Below the pieces are notes generated by a model. The model made no database searches and was not told the origin of the DNA. It saw nothing but the letters and a program-made list of their open reading frames with translations. Shown piece after piece: positions 12,468-25,104 of a stretch of DNA of 64,000 bases (position 1 is the first letter of the stretch; each line of letters begins with the position of its first letter). The position numbers were made by a program, and so were the translations under genes. The stretch lies in contig JASCQW010000119.1 in assembly GCA_030264375.1 (NCBI GenBank), forward strand, positions 12,294,535 through 12,358,534, written 5' to 3'. The DNA comes from Carcharhinus longimanus (Eukaryota).

Positions 12468-14739
12468 GCTGGTTGGGGTGGGGTGGGGGGTTGCTTTTCA
12501 TTCCCCAATTAAAAATCTATCAACGTGTGTTTTGTTTTTAAATCACAGAGTGCAATGTTCAATATATTGTATCTTCTGACGGTTCCAGATGCATTTTGTG
12601 CCCAAGAAATTAAAAATAACGTGTATTCCTTCAGTTCACATTTCCCATGGGCCCCAGCACGGAGGCACAATCCTTTATTATGTTGTTGTTAACAAGATGG
12701 AACACCAACAATCAGTTGTCACAGGCTTTGTAGTCGCATCTGAAATTCAATATTGGAATTCGAAATATATATACAGGATTGCTGATGGACGAAAATACTC
12801 TAATATGTCGTTGTTTTTTCTTCCTGTATATTTTTAGGAACAAACTGCAGCAACAATGGCTTCATTTTTTGGCGAAGGAGTCACTGGTATTGTTGGTTTG
12901 TTTGGTCACAGTAAAGTTAAATGCATAAGTGTGATTCTCCATGCATACAATAGAATTATAAACATCCTCCTCCAATGTGTTTGCCACAAATTCTTTGAAT
13001 CTATCACCCAGTAAAAGTGTTGATAATCTGAATGACCTGGCGTAGAATGCGAGAGAGAGAGGCAATAGTTCCCGAGCCAATGACTTTTACCCACCAACAT
13101 ACTTTATATTGGGACATTGGTAATACCTTTTTTCCGTCTGTATATTTGTCCCGTCTCCATCTTATCCTTTGTTTCTTTTTTTTCAATCTGCTCATCCTGC
13201 AGTCTCTCATCGCCCCAGTTATTTGATCTTTTGCAGAATATCTTATTCTGCCCTGAGATCCTTTCTTGCTTAAAAATGAACACGGGAGAACGTGGAGTAT
13301 GTGCTTAATTGAAACCTCCTTGGTGCGAGTAGCTATCTGACTGACAATGTACAATAAAACGTTGGCTGAAATAGTCAAAGCGCGGTGCCACGTCTTTTTA
13401 AAATCGCGTTTGAAAGAGTACGTAGAAATGTCAGAATAATTTGTTTTAGCAAGATATTGGTGATACTGTAGGTGTTTCCTTTTTATGGGTAGTTCCATCC
13501 ATGGGTTGATCGAACTGGCTAGATTTCCATTCTCTGGACAGTCTGAATTAAAAGGAACAAACTGAAAACCATCTTGGGAAAGGATTTCAGCTTAAAAAAA
13601 AATATTCAAACGGCTATTTGTTGGGTAAATGATATGCTGTAAAATCAAATCACCCCTTCGATTCATCACACACGCAAAGTTTGTAATTGCAATCAGTCAG
13701 ATTGACCCGAGGTTCGGATCTGATTCTCAAAAGCAGCAATCCAGCAATATGTACATTTAGCGTCAGTTTTTAACACCCGTTTGCAGAGTGAGATTCCATG
13801 CTGAAAAAATGTTTCTCACAGTGATTACAAATCAGACTCTGCAGGCGCCCAATAAGGAGTGCGACGTTATTCCAAATTTCAGACTTCAGTGGGTTTAAGT
13901 CGCCAATGAAGCATCGGAGAGGAATGGATTTTCAAATGGAAACTCTTCGTCCAGCTGCTCCGCAAGGTGTTAAACGTTACAAATGTTCATTAGCGCAACA
14001 TCCGTTCATGCGGAGCAAGTAGCAATATGATGTTATGTAGCAGAGGGCTAGTACAGGCATTGTGGTCTGAATGGGTTCCAAATGTGCTTTGGACAGTCTC
14101 TGATCCTGTGTGAAATCAGAAGTTTATTCTGCAAGGTAATCATGTGGATATTGTGCACTGTTGGCTCTGGAATTTGCCCCTACAGTTGGTACTAAACATA
14201 GCAAACACTGTGCTTCCCTCGCCTCCTGATGTGTTTCATAACATCGACGCAATATATATGGGGTAAACATTCTAGATCATTGAGAGATTTTTTTTGAAGG
14301 TGACTTTCTTCCGGTAGAAATTGGAATAAGCTGTACGTGTGATTGTGACGCGGGAGGACTTGGTGATTTAGCATGCTATCCAGAACAGGTTAAAGACTGA
14401 GGTAAGCAATACCGACCATTGGGGCAATTGTTACATTTCAAACAACAACTGACCCGGATCGAAAAAAAACTCATCAGATAAATTAAATCAGAAACCCGTT
14501 CTGTTATTCACTTCTTAAAATACAATACCCATTCTGGTATGATCTATTCGCTAGCTGTTTTATTGGTCCAGAAACCCAACTTGTGGACACTCCAGGAATT
14601 CCCCCTTTATGATATTGTTGCCAAATTTATTTCGCCATATTGTTTTATTATTCTAGCCAGCATTTATTACCTATCCCTAGTTACCGGAGGGCGGTTGAGA
14701 ATCAATAACATTGTTCTTCCTCTGGGAGGAAGATCTGAT

Positions 14740-14945
14740 TAGGCGATGAGGGCAAATGCCCTTCCCTAAAGGACATTAGTGAACCAGATCGGATTTCTCG
14801 AAACCGGCAGTGGTTTCATGGTGGTCAGTAGTTTCTGAATTCTAGATTTAAAAAAATGATTTCAATTTCCACCACCTGCATTGGCTGAATTCTAACCCGG
14901 TTACCCAGAATATATGATAAGTTTCGCGGGATAGTGCCTTCCCCA
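14740..14945 (-). mobile_element. tRNA-derived SINE fragment (family of 5870-6222)
   Basis: cttccctaaaggacattagtgaaccagat...ggtttcatggt is the reverse complement of the SINE body. Confidence 0.7.
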
Positions 14946-14969
14946 ACATAACCAAGGCCGTCTGGGGAT

Positions 14970-15913
14970 CTACCTAGAAACCTACTAACCTCTTTTGCCC
15001 CGTAGTGTTTTTCAGCCCCACCTATACAAATTTCACATTGTTAAAGCGAATATGCTTCCTCACTATTTGCGTTCATTTCCTCCTTAAATGTATTCCAACT
15101 CCACTGATTTTGCTTTTAGCTTGTCATAAGTCCTCAATACCCTCCATGTTCAGTTCCCATCACCAACAACCAAACAATTATATCTTCACGATTCTGTCTA
15201 TATTACACCCGATTACATTTATCTGCACAATCAATTCCATCACTTTACTGTGGATAATATGTACATTAGGGCGCAAAGCCTTTAGTCTTCTACTTTTGTT
15301 TTATCATTGCATGTCCAGTTTCTTTATTTTTCATGTAGCATTGTTTGGTTCTGCTCCCCAAATGGTCTGCCTATTACTTTTCTTAGCCCCTGTCGTTTAT
15401 TCTTATCCTTGCATCACCACCTCTGTTCCCCTGCAAAAGTATCCCCCCCTCCACCCCCCCCAACAACCACCACCACCACAACAACCGGCGCTTTTAGTTT
15501 CATCCATTTCCAAACAATCTCGGAAATATTTCGCCAAGTCTGTCCCGGTCCTGCCGTGTTCACTCGTTCAGGCTGCACTGGGCCCACGTCTCCCAGAACC
15601 GGCCCAGTTATCCCAGCAGTGTGCAAACGTACACTTCTTCCATCTCTTTATTGCTGTTCTGACGATAGGTTGCCACTTTCAATATGCTACTTTTCAAATA
15701 TCTTCCTAATTCCCTATTTTTTGCTTTGAAGACAGCAGCTATATTTCTTAACCGTTGTCGTTTGTACCAATATTTACCACAACCATTCACTGTTCATCCT
15801 CATCGGTAATGCCCTCTAGATGCTCTGTCTCATCTCTGACCCTAGCATCATGTAAGCAACATGCTATCATGTAGCCGGAGAAACGCCTATCTATTCCCCT
15901 TACAAGAAAATAA
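14970..15913 (-). mobile_element. CR1 LINE ORF1 esterase region and start of ORF2
   Basis: LVRGIDRRFSG..MIACCLHDARVRD..EHLEGI..EDEQ.VVVNIGTND matches the CR1 ORF1 SGNH esterase; truncated by the N gap. Confidence 0.75.
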
Positions 15914-16819
15914 NNNNNNNNNNNNNNNNNNNNNNNNNNNNNNNNNNNNNNNNNNNNNNNNNNNNNNNNNNNNNNNNNNNNNNNNNNNNNNNNNNNNNNN
16001 NNNNNNNNNNNNNNNNNNNNNNNNNNNNNNNNNNNNNNNNNNNNNNNNNNNNNNNNNNNNNNNNNNNNNNNNNNNNNNNNNNNNNNNNNNNNNNNNNNNN
16101 NNNNNNNNNNNNNNNNNNNNNNNNNNNNNNNNNNNNNNNNNNNNNNNNNNNNNNNNNNNNNNNNNNNNNNNNNNNNNNNNNNNNNNNNNNNNNNNNNNNN
16201 NNNNNNNNNNNNNNNNNNNNNNNNNNNNNNNNNNNNNNNNNNNNNNNNNNNNNNNNNNNNNNNNNNNNNNNNNNNNNNNNNNNNNNNNNNNNNCTGAAAA
16301 TGTTTTTGGATTCCTGGAATATGCAGGAGGAGCACGCTGTGGTTTTATTCTCTCCTTTAATGAATTATTCTTGTATAACTAAACCTTTTGAAGACTCTTA
16401 ACATCAGATAATACCAATTACTCTTGTGGTCTTCTTCCCTAGCCTTCCTTACAACGGAATATAGACCTTACAAATTATAAACCAAAAGGTATATATTCCA
16501 TCACACTTCTGCGTTGCACCCTTTTGCAGTTTGAAATAGGGAATTTTGGGATGATGTAAATTTCAGATGGTCAGGAGGCATTAACACGTGTTAAATGGAA
16601 CAGTCTTATCGGAATGAAGATTAGCCTACTACCTTCCAATTATATCTAATTTCCTCCTTTCTCTGTTAAGCTGAGCTCCCCCTTTCACATTCCCACTAAC
16701 GTTTCCATATTTTTATTATAATTAAATAGAATATATTTTTTAAACTAAAGTAAGTTGATGCTGAATGGTTAGCACTTCATTCTCCCCAATCCCAGCATCT
16801 TCTGGTTTTGTGTCGATCT

Positions 16820-17700
16820 TCAGGCTTTGAGGAACGCCTGTAATCGATGAATGGGACGTGTCACAACTCGTTTCATTTCCTCCCTGAATTTCGCCTGAGT
16901 GAAAGCGTATATGCAGGTGTTTGTGCAGGAGTTCAGATACATCAACATCTCCCCGACCTCTACGAGCGCACTCATGGAGCTCAAATTCAACAACATCTCC
17001 TGAAACACGAAGTCTACCACTCTAGTCATCCATAGGACGATGAAATTGCCGGATATGGCAAAGAGCAGGATAATGGACCTTCTGCGGTTCTCCATCTCTG
17101 GGTCAACTTGCTTCCCATCATTCCCTTGACTCCGGAATGCCTTACGTGCCCGGCTAGCTATTAAAATGTGTCTGACTGTCAGAGTGTTGAGCAGCAAGAT
17201 TGAAACATAGGGAATGAGGGGGGTGAAGATTGTGCCTGACCACAGATATGCTGCCCATGGCGTTTTCGTACACAGATTGCGAAGTCGACAGACTGGGAAT
17301 GGAGCACGAGTGTGGTCAGGCTCATAAGTGAAAAAGCGGGGGATATTCCTCAGGTAGCTGACTGTACATAGCGTTAGTATTACCCAGCTTGCTGTTCTCT
17401 CTGTGCAATATCGTGCTTTGAACTTCTGGCAACAAATGGCAATGAAGCGATCTAGTGTGAAGGCAACAGTAAGCCAGACTGAACTATCCACCACAGCAGC
17501 ATTCATGATGCTATTCAGACTGCACACATAGTAATGTCTGAGGAAGGAGAAGGGGAAGTGGAGAGATCCCAGGTAGTCCAATATCACACAGAAGATGATT
17601 ACCAACAAGTCTGCCACTGCCATGGACATCAGATACCGCCCAGTACATCTGGAGAGACCGCAGCTTCCTCGGGACAGGATAATTATAGTCATTAGGTTCG
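16820..17700 (-). CDS. GPR139/GPR142-like class A GPCR, coding exon 2 (end of TM1 to TM7 and stop)
   Basis: Open 290-aa ORF with GPCR motifs MAVADLL (TM2), C at the top of TM3, LDRFIAICC, LLLNTLTVRHI and NSCTNTCIY(A)FTQAKFREE. Acceptor ctccttccatctccaacAG at 17701-17702, phase 1 (G|CG AAC CTA ATG = ANLM). Confidence 0.93.
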
Positions 17701-18829
17701 CTGTTGGAGATGGAAGGAGAGGTGATGGTTATTAAATAAACGCACAACATGTGTTACATGATAACACCAAGTTTGGAAAGAGTAAGGTGTTTGATGTTGG
17801 GCTCCAGAGGGCTCAGTAATAGAAGATTGTGAACTTTGTAGAAGTTAGGTAAGATCATGAATATGACCTGAAACAGGAGATCTTTAAATCTGTGGTAAAC
17901 ATTCGATATTATAAACATAAATTGAAATGGAATGTGTTTGACTTATTTCTGTCTGCATCTGTCTCCAATAATATTCAGAAATACCCTTCCTTCTGCCAGT
18001 TTTCCACAGTCGCACTTAATTCGCTGCTCACTGCATTGAAACCAACCCAAGCTAGAAATTGATGAATTCAAATTCTCTCCGCTATCAATGCCGATCTATC
18101 AATTACTATTCTGTAAGAGTTTGCCTTCTTCAAGTCCCGCAGACATAAATAATTCCCACGGACCAATCCTCTGTCTCACAGAAAAAGTTGTTATCTTCCA
18201 AAATCTTCACCATGGACACAATCCCATTAATAAATCACACCGCTCATGCAGTGTGACATTATTGTTCAATTCTATGAAACAGAATTATTTTGCATTGCCC
18301 AATATACATAGGCAGATAAACACAAGTAGGAAAATACAAATTAAGCTAAATATCCTGCAGACATGGATGGAAAGATCTCAAATTGTCCCGTCTTTTACCA
18401 TGAATCAACTCATAGTGACCATTTGTCAGCTTCTATCAATGATCTCTCACTATGGAATTCAAAGATGCACTCGAAGGAAGAAAGCAATGTATAAAAGGAA
18501 CACAAAATATATACCATAGACTGGGAAGTTAGGCCGATAAATGAAATTCCCATTGTCTTCCTTTCCATCTTAACAGGAGGAGCCGCTGTCCCAGCGGCAC
18601 CAGACATTGTTGTGCTGCGTTTAAAAGTCCTAAACAATTGGAGTTCAATTTTCAGTTCCTTGTGCCTCAATTAATAAACGCCCAATTTCCAAATGTCACA
18701 TTAACTCAACGAACTGTCATTGTCCACACAGTCAGCTTTCAGTAAGATTCCCATTCTAGTAATATATTCATATTGTCCACCACTCGTCATTACCTCTAAC
18801 TTTCACTTTTCTCATTTAGTGTTGTTCAA

Positions 18830-19105
18830 CAAATTGCTCTTAACTACCATGTTATAACGATGTTTGAACAGTTGCGCCATTAGCATAGAGACGAGGAAAC
18901 ATTTCTTCCCGCAAAGGCTTCTGAACAGTTGGAATTTTATAAGTCAAAAGTTCATAGATTTTGCATTGATATGAATACAGTTAATACAGAGCTAGGCAGA
19001 GATTTGTTCTCTCAGAGAACAAGTGGATAAGGAGAGCAGGCAGGACGATGGAATGGAAGGTGAAGATTATCCATGATCGTATTAGATGGTGCAATAGGTT
19101 TAGTC
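18830..19105 (+). mobile_element. CR1 LINE 3' end fragment
   Basis: acgaggaaacatttcttcccgcaaagg...ccatgatcgtattagatgg. Confidence 0.6.
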
Positions 19106-19219
19106 TGCTCCTGGCCTTATTCCAAATGTTTTCACATGAATTCATCACACTGTTTAACGCCCCTTGCACTCAGTTATCTTCCACTGTGATACTTGGAGTG
19201 ACACAAACATCTCACATTT

Positions 19220-19266
19220 ACTGGACCTGTAACTGAAGAACTCCCTTCTTCAGTTACAGGTCCAGT
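19220..19266. repeat. Perfect inverted repeat, 21-bp arms, 5-nt loop
   Basis: actggacctgtaactgaagaa-ctccc-ttcttcagttacaggtccagt. Confidence 0.95.
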
Positions 19267-19659
19267 TGTCCAGCTCTCTCTGTCACCCAAAGATATGCCG
19301 TTAACCAACTCTCTACGTCACTCAAAGCAACCATATGGCCCTCCACTCAGCACCCGGATAAATTCCAGTAACTGTCATTTTGCAGCACTGACCCATAAAC
19401 TGTCACCATCACTCAATGAGAAGGCCCAAAACTCTCCAATCTGTGAACTCACAGTGTTCAAATATCACTTGAACAGTGAGCGCCTAGTCCTCTACTCTCA
19501 AAATCAATGAACTCTCATTGTCTCTGTCTTAGCATCATGCCCTGTCTGGAACTCACAGACACACCTAAACACCCGCAAGTGAAGAAAAACACACACAGCA
19601 ATGTAGATAATATCAGCTAGAAATACACATAATAACACGCAATGGCATTACTAAATTTA

Positions 19660-19955
19660 CGTTTATTTATTAGCGTCACAAGTAGGTTTACATTAACACT
19701 GCAATGAAGTAATTGTGAAAATCCCCTAGTCGCCATACTCCGCTGCCTGTTGGGTACGCTGAGGGAGAATTTAGCATGGCCAATGCAACTAACCAAAACG
19801 TCTTCAGGACTGTGGAAGAAAACTGGAACATTAGTATAAACCCTCGCAGGTATGGATAGAACATGCAGACTCCGCACAAATAGTAAACCAAGCCAAGAAT
19901 CGAACTCGAGTGTCTAGCGCTGTGAGGCAGCAATAGTAACAATTGCACCACCACA
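19660..19955 (-). mobile_element. HE1-related SINE variant
   Basis: SINE head (reverse complement of gcgctgtgaggcagc...tgcaccacc) with the tttattagcgtcacaagtagg tail; same family at 55220-55490. Confidence 0.8.
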
Positions 19956-21059
19956 CACGCATTGAAAAATAAGTAAACGGCAGATGCGATTTGAATCTCC
20001 CCACCTTTGTAAAGGCACTCTGATTGGCCGGCTCGTTCTGTTACTCAAATGACGTTTCTATTTCCGAGAAGTGATTCATATGCCCCAGTTCACAGCAACC
20101 TCCCATTGACAATCACACAAGGATGCCCAATTGTCTTAAGTCATAGCATTCGCACAAGGACATTAAAAAGTAAGTAAAAACTAAGTACACAAATGTACAT
20201 GCTCTGACGTGCAAATGCTCACAAAATCATTTGAAGAGCTGATACTTTCCAGATATCCTCTCATTCCACGAGCTCCCACTTACCAATTTTGTAGCAGTTA
20301 CTGAACCNNNNNNNNNNNNNNNNNNNNNNNNNNNNNNNNNNNNNNNNNNNNNNNNNNNNNNNNNNNNNNNCGAATCTTCATTCTCTGTCTCATGACATGT
20401 GGTCTTCAGACAACAACTTGCATCAATTAATTAGCTCCTAGCGTGGAGCACTGCCAAACACAACAGGTTACTCTCGCCTATCAATGAGCGTTCACGGCAC
20501 AATACACCAAAAATTGCAAGGACACGAAAATAATCGATAATCACAATCTCACAGAAAAAAACATAGCAAAAAAGAAAAAAAAAGGACTGTCGGATTGTCA
20601 GGGACCGGTGAAGGTTTCCAGTGGTTCTGTGAACTTGGAGGCCACAAAGTGACAAGCAAACATCTGTTCGATAGTATCAAATTAATAAAATGAATCAGAT
20701 AAATCAAATGGACCAATCAAAGTAAGATGTCGTGAAGCCCGGGTCAGTGGACCAGCGTCCAGTTCTCCAAGCATCCATGATTTTTTTTTTAAATCTCTGG
20801 TTGTTCAGACCAGGGACAGGTTAGCAACGAAGGCAAGGTGAGGCACAAGGCATGACCAGACAAATCAGCCAGAAGCTGTCGGCGGAGGCGAGAAGAGGGT
20901 GTGGGGCGCCTGAAGGTGTTGGTGATGCCTCGCGCCTTGGAAAAGGAGGGAGCGGGCATGTGCCTTGGGAAAATAGCGCGCGGTGTGTGTTGGATGTGTG
21001 TCGAGTTTTCGTGCCTCTCGAAAAGATTGGGGTTGGTTCCTCGTCTCCAAGAGGTATGA

Positions 21060-21830
21060 GTGCGTACGTGGGTTTGAGTTTTTGAGGTGAGTATGCGTGT
21101 GTGTGAGGGTGAGTGTGTTTGTGTGTGTGCGTTTATTTGTGAGAGTGAGTGCGTTTTTATGTGTGTGAAAGTGAGTTTATTTGGATGTGTGTTTGTGTGT
21201 GAGGACTAGTGTGTTTGCGTAAGGTTATCAGATTGACTGTGTCTACATGCGAGTGTGAGGGTGAAGATGAATATGTTTGCATGCGTGAGGATATGATAGC
21301 GAATGTGTGGATGTGAGAATAAGTGCGTTGTGAGAGCATGTAGGTGTGTGTGAGAGTGTATTTGTCTGTGCGAGCCTAAGTGTGTTTCTGTGTGAGGATG
21401 TCAGGTTGAGTGTGTCTGTATGTGAGGGTGAGGATGAGTTTGTTTGTGTGGGTGGGGGTATGATAGTGAGTGTGTGGACGTGAGAATGAGTGCATTGGTG
21501 TATTGATGGGAAGTTGGGTGTGTATGTTTGCGGATGGTGATGGCTGTATGGGTGAGGTTATGAGTGGACGTGCTCGTGTGAAGATGTGAGGCTATGTGCT
21601 TATAAATGCGAGGATTTGAGGACGAACGTATTTGTGTGTGGGGGAGGATTTGCGTTTTCGCGTTTGGTGTGTGAGGACGTGAGGCTGAGTTTGTTTGTGA
21701 GGATGTGAAGGTGGGTCTAATAGTGTGAGGATATTTGGGTACATGGGTGAGAGGCTGTGAGGGGGGATGTGTTGCGTATGTGAGGATATGATGTTGAGTG
21801 CGTGTGTTTGGGTGTGTGTGTGTTTGTGAA
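21060..21830. repeat. Degenerate GT-rich simple repeat (gtgtgaggatgtgag-like)
   Basis: About 770 bp of imperfect GTGT/GAGG units. Confidence 0.85.
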
Positions 21831-22609
21831 ATTAGAATCAGCTTTCTATCATCATTTCTATTAAAAATGACGTACGTGTCTTTGATCAGGACTTCTATGA
21901 GATTAATATAGCTGGGAAATCGTGTTTACGCTTGAATTATGTTTGGAACTATTTTCGCGGAAACAAAATGGGCGCTAATATTATGAAAATGGTTGGCGTT
22001 TCCAATGTTTTTGTTAGATCTCTAGGAATTCCTGGGCTCGAAAGTGTTGCGGAACTTTGCTGAACTCAATGTCCTCTGTCCGCCTCTCCAGTCACTAAAC
22101 GCTTTTTTTTCTGATCAATCCACCACGCTTCTCAAATTTTATTACTACGATTCGGCCGCACATTGAGATCCACCTGTTAACTGTCTACAAGTCTCCATAT
22201 CAATGTGGTTGCTTACTTTGTTCAAATTTTCACTCACACCATCAATTCTTTAACAGCGTTCTCTGAATTCTGATAGTTCCATTTCCATCAATCGAAGAGA
22301 TCCAGTTTTCTAACTTCTTATCAGGGAGTAATTCTGACTTCCAATCTCCTTGCATTATAACATTTATTCCGGTTATGCAAAGTCCACCATTAATTAAAAA
22401 AAGCTCCAATTTTCCGACGTCTAATGAGCTTCACATGCTCAGTGCACAAGGAGCCATTTACTAACTGCACGGTCACAGAATCACACAAATGCACACACAA
22501 ACACGAATACACAGTGCAATTTAAAGCCATTTAAAGACATTGGCTAAAAAAAAACGCTTTGGAAATCGTAACAGGCCAGGAGTGAACCGTGTAAATGTCC
22601 GTGGAACTC

Positions 22610-22657
22610 GGGCGGGATTTTCAGCTTTCTGGCGACCAAGGCCGTAAAATCCCCCCC
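22610..22657. mobile_element. Tiny TIR (MITE-like) remnant
   Basis: gggcgggatttt ... aaaatccccccc terminal inverted repeats. Confidence 0.45.
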
Positions 22658-22789
22658 TCATCATGATCACAGAGGCTCTCCAAATAAGCATCAAGACTTA
22701 GTTTCATTTCCCTGCCTCTTTTTGCTACAGAACATTGTTTTTATTAAATACTTTAAAGCTTTTATTATTCCCCATTGCTGCAGCTCATT

Positions 22790-25070
22790 TGTTGACCTTC
22801 CATTGTCCAGTCACCCCATCAGCCACTCAGTGTCTGTTGACAAAACTATCCATCAATCATTGAACTTTCATTATCCAAGTTTCTGTCAATCATCGAGCTC
22901 TATTATCCCACTTCACACATTAATCATTGAAGTCCCTTACTTAAAAAGTCTCTAATAAGCATTGAGCTACCATTATCCAATTTCTCCACTAATCATTCAG
23001 CAGCCATTGCCCAACTTTCTTGATAAATCATTGAACTCTTATTATCCAACTCTTTACACTAATCGTTGAACCCACGATATCCAACTCTCTCCTTGAATCA
23101 TTGAGCTTCCATTGCCAAACATTATCCACTGATTTCCATTGTTCTATATTCTCTATCCATGACTGAGCTACCATTGCCCACTCACTCAATCAATCACTGA
23201 GCTCTGCATTAATCATTGAACACCCATTTCTCAACTCTCCCCTTGAATCATTTAGCTTCCAGTGTTCAACTGTCAATCAATGGTCGATCTCTCATTTTGC
23301 ACTTCTCCACAAAATACCGAACTACCATTGACCAACACATTTCGCCATGCAATGAGCTATAATTTTCCAAATGTCATTAGCAAACTGTGTGCCCCAATTT
23401 GTCAATTATCTCCATGGTATTTGAACTCCATTATCCAAAACAAATCAGCACTTATCAAGCATCCATTGTTAAAATCTCTGTATCAGTCATCAAACTACAT
23501 TGGCTAATTATTTCCATCAAAAATAGGACTTCCATTATTCAGCTCTCTCCACTAATCATTCAGATTGCCTGGTCAACTATATTCATCAATCATGATGCTC
23601 CAATCTGCAATTTTGTCCATCAATTATGGGGCTACAATGCCGAACTCACTCCACCAATAACTGAGCTCATTTCTTTCATCTCTCTCCAACAATCTTTGAG
23701 TTCTGCTTGCTGAGCTGAGTTAATCAATCATTGCATCCCCATTGCCAATATCTCCCCAAATATTGATCTCTCATTCTCTACCTCTCTCCATGAACGATTG
23801 AGCTCCCTTTGGCCTACTCGCTCCACCAGTCATTGAACTCCCATCGTTGAAGTGTTTCTGTCAATTACTGAGCTGTCATTGGCCAACACTTTTCATCAAT
23901 CATCATGCTCCCATTGTCCATTTGTCTCCATTGATCATTGAGTTCTAAATATCCAACTCTCCCTATGAATCATTGAGCTTCCACTGTTCAAATCTCTCCC
24001 TATTTTGTTGAGTTCTCATTGTCCATTTCTCAAATAAACATTGAGCTCCCATTTTGAAACTCTCCCCATCAATCATTGAACATCATTGTCCAATTATTTA
24101 CAACAATAATTGAACTATTATTGTCCAAATCTTTCATCTAATATTATGCTCTCATTAGCCAATCCCCACCATAAATCATTGAGCTCTAATTGCTCAATAG
24201 TCTCAAAATATTGGATTCTAGTTGGCCAACTTTATACGTCATTGATTAAGCCCTCATAGTATGATTCTCTGCACATATAATTAAGCGTTCATTGGCCAAC
24301 TCTGTATCTATCAACGAGCTGCAGTGAACACAAATATAAAAATCTGCCCATTAATCATTAACTTCCATTGATCAAATCTCTGGATGAACTGTGGAACGTC
24401 AATTTTCATACTATCTCTATCAACATTAGAACGCCATTGGGCATCTCTCCATCAAGCAATATGCTCAACCAATCATTGCGTTCCAATTGTCCAGCTAATT
24501 CTAACTAAATCCAGCAATCATTAAGATCCCATTGCCCATTTCTCTCCAAGAACTGCCCTTCCATTTTCCAACTCTCTCTGGAGATTAATTGAGCTTCAAT
24601 TGTCCAATTTGCTCCACTAGTCATCAATCACCTATTGTCCAATTCTCTCCATCAATCATTTTACTTCCATTGTCCAAAACGTTCCATGAATCATTGAGGT
24701 GCCATGCTCCAACCTGTTCCAACAATGTTCTCCATCCTTCATTTTACTCCCATTGTCCAAATCTCCCCATGAATCAATGAACTTATTTTGTCCAACTCTT
24801 AATCAAATATTCAACCTATATGTTGCAACGTCCATCAATCAATTATCACTTGCTCTCCATTTCCCTCCAGCAATCATTGAGCTATAATTTTCCAAACATC
24901 AACATCAAATATTAACCGACGGTTGGCCAATTTCCAGCATCAACCATTGACACACCACCTCCCCCCCCCCTCCACCGTTGCTCAACTCTCTCAAAATGTT
25001 GAACTCTAGCTGGTCGACTGACTCCAACAATCGCTGAGTTCCCAATATCCAAGTAACTTGATCGGGGGTG
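22790..25070. repeat. Degenerate ~35-bp satellite, left part
   Basis: Consensus approx. tcaatcattgagctcccattgtccaactctctcca; aatc(a/g)ttga recurs at 35-nt spacing (23026, 23061, 23096). Confidence 0.85.
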
Positions 25071-25104
25071 CTGCTTTCTTGGCTCAAATCTGTGCATATA
25101 AACA

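Noticed and set aside
15005-15709. 234-aa plus-strand ORF with a poly-P/Q stretch
   Set aside because: Antisense to a CR1 ORF1/ORF2 fragment plus a low-complexity run.
20275-20307. Strong donor G|GTAAGT next to an N gap in the GPCR intron
   Set aside because: The phase-1 frame (FSNCYKI) does not resemble TM1, and the rest is hidden in the gap.
22790-25070. Regularly spaced ~35-bp repeats, superficially CRISPR-like (also 39600-41045)
   Set aside because: Head-to-tail degenerate satellite without unique spacers, in a vertebrate genome, with no cas genes.
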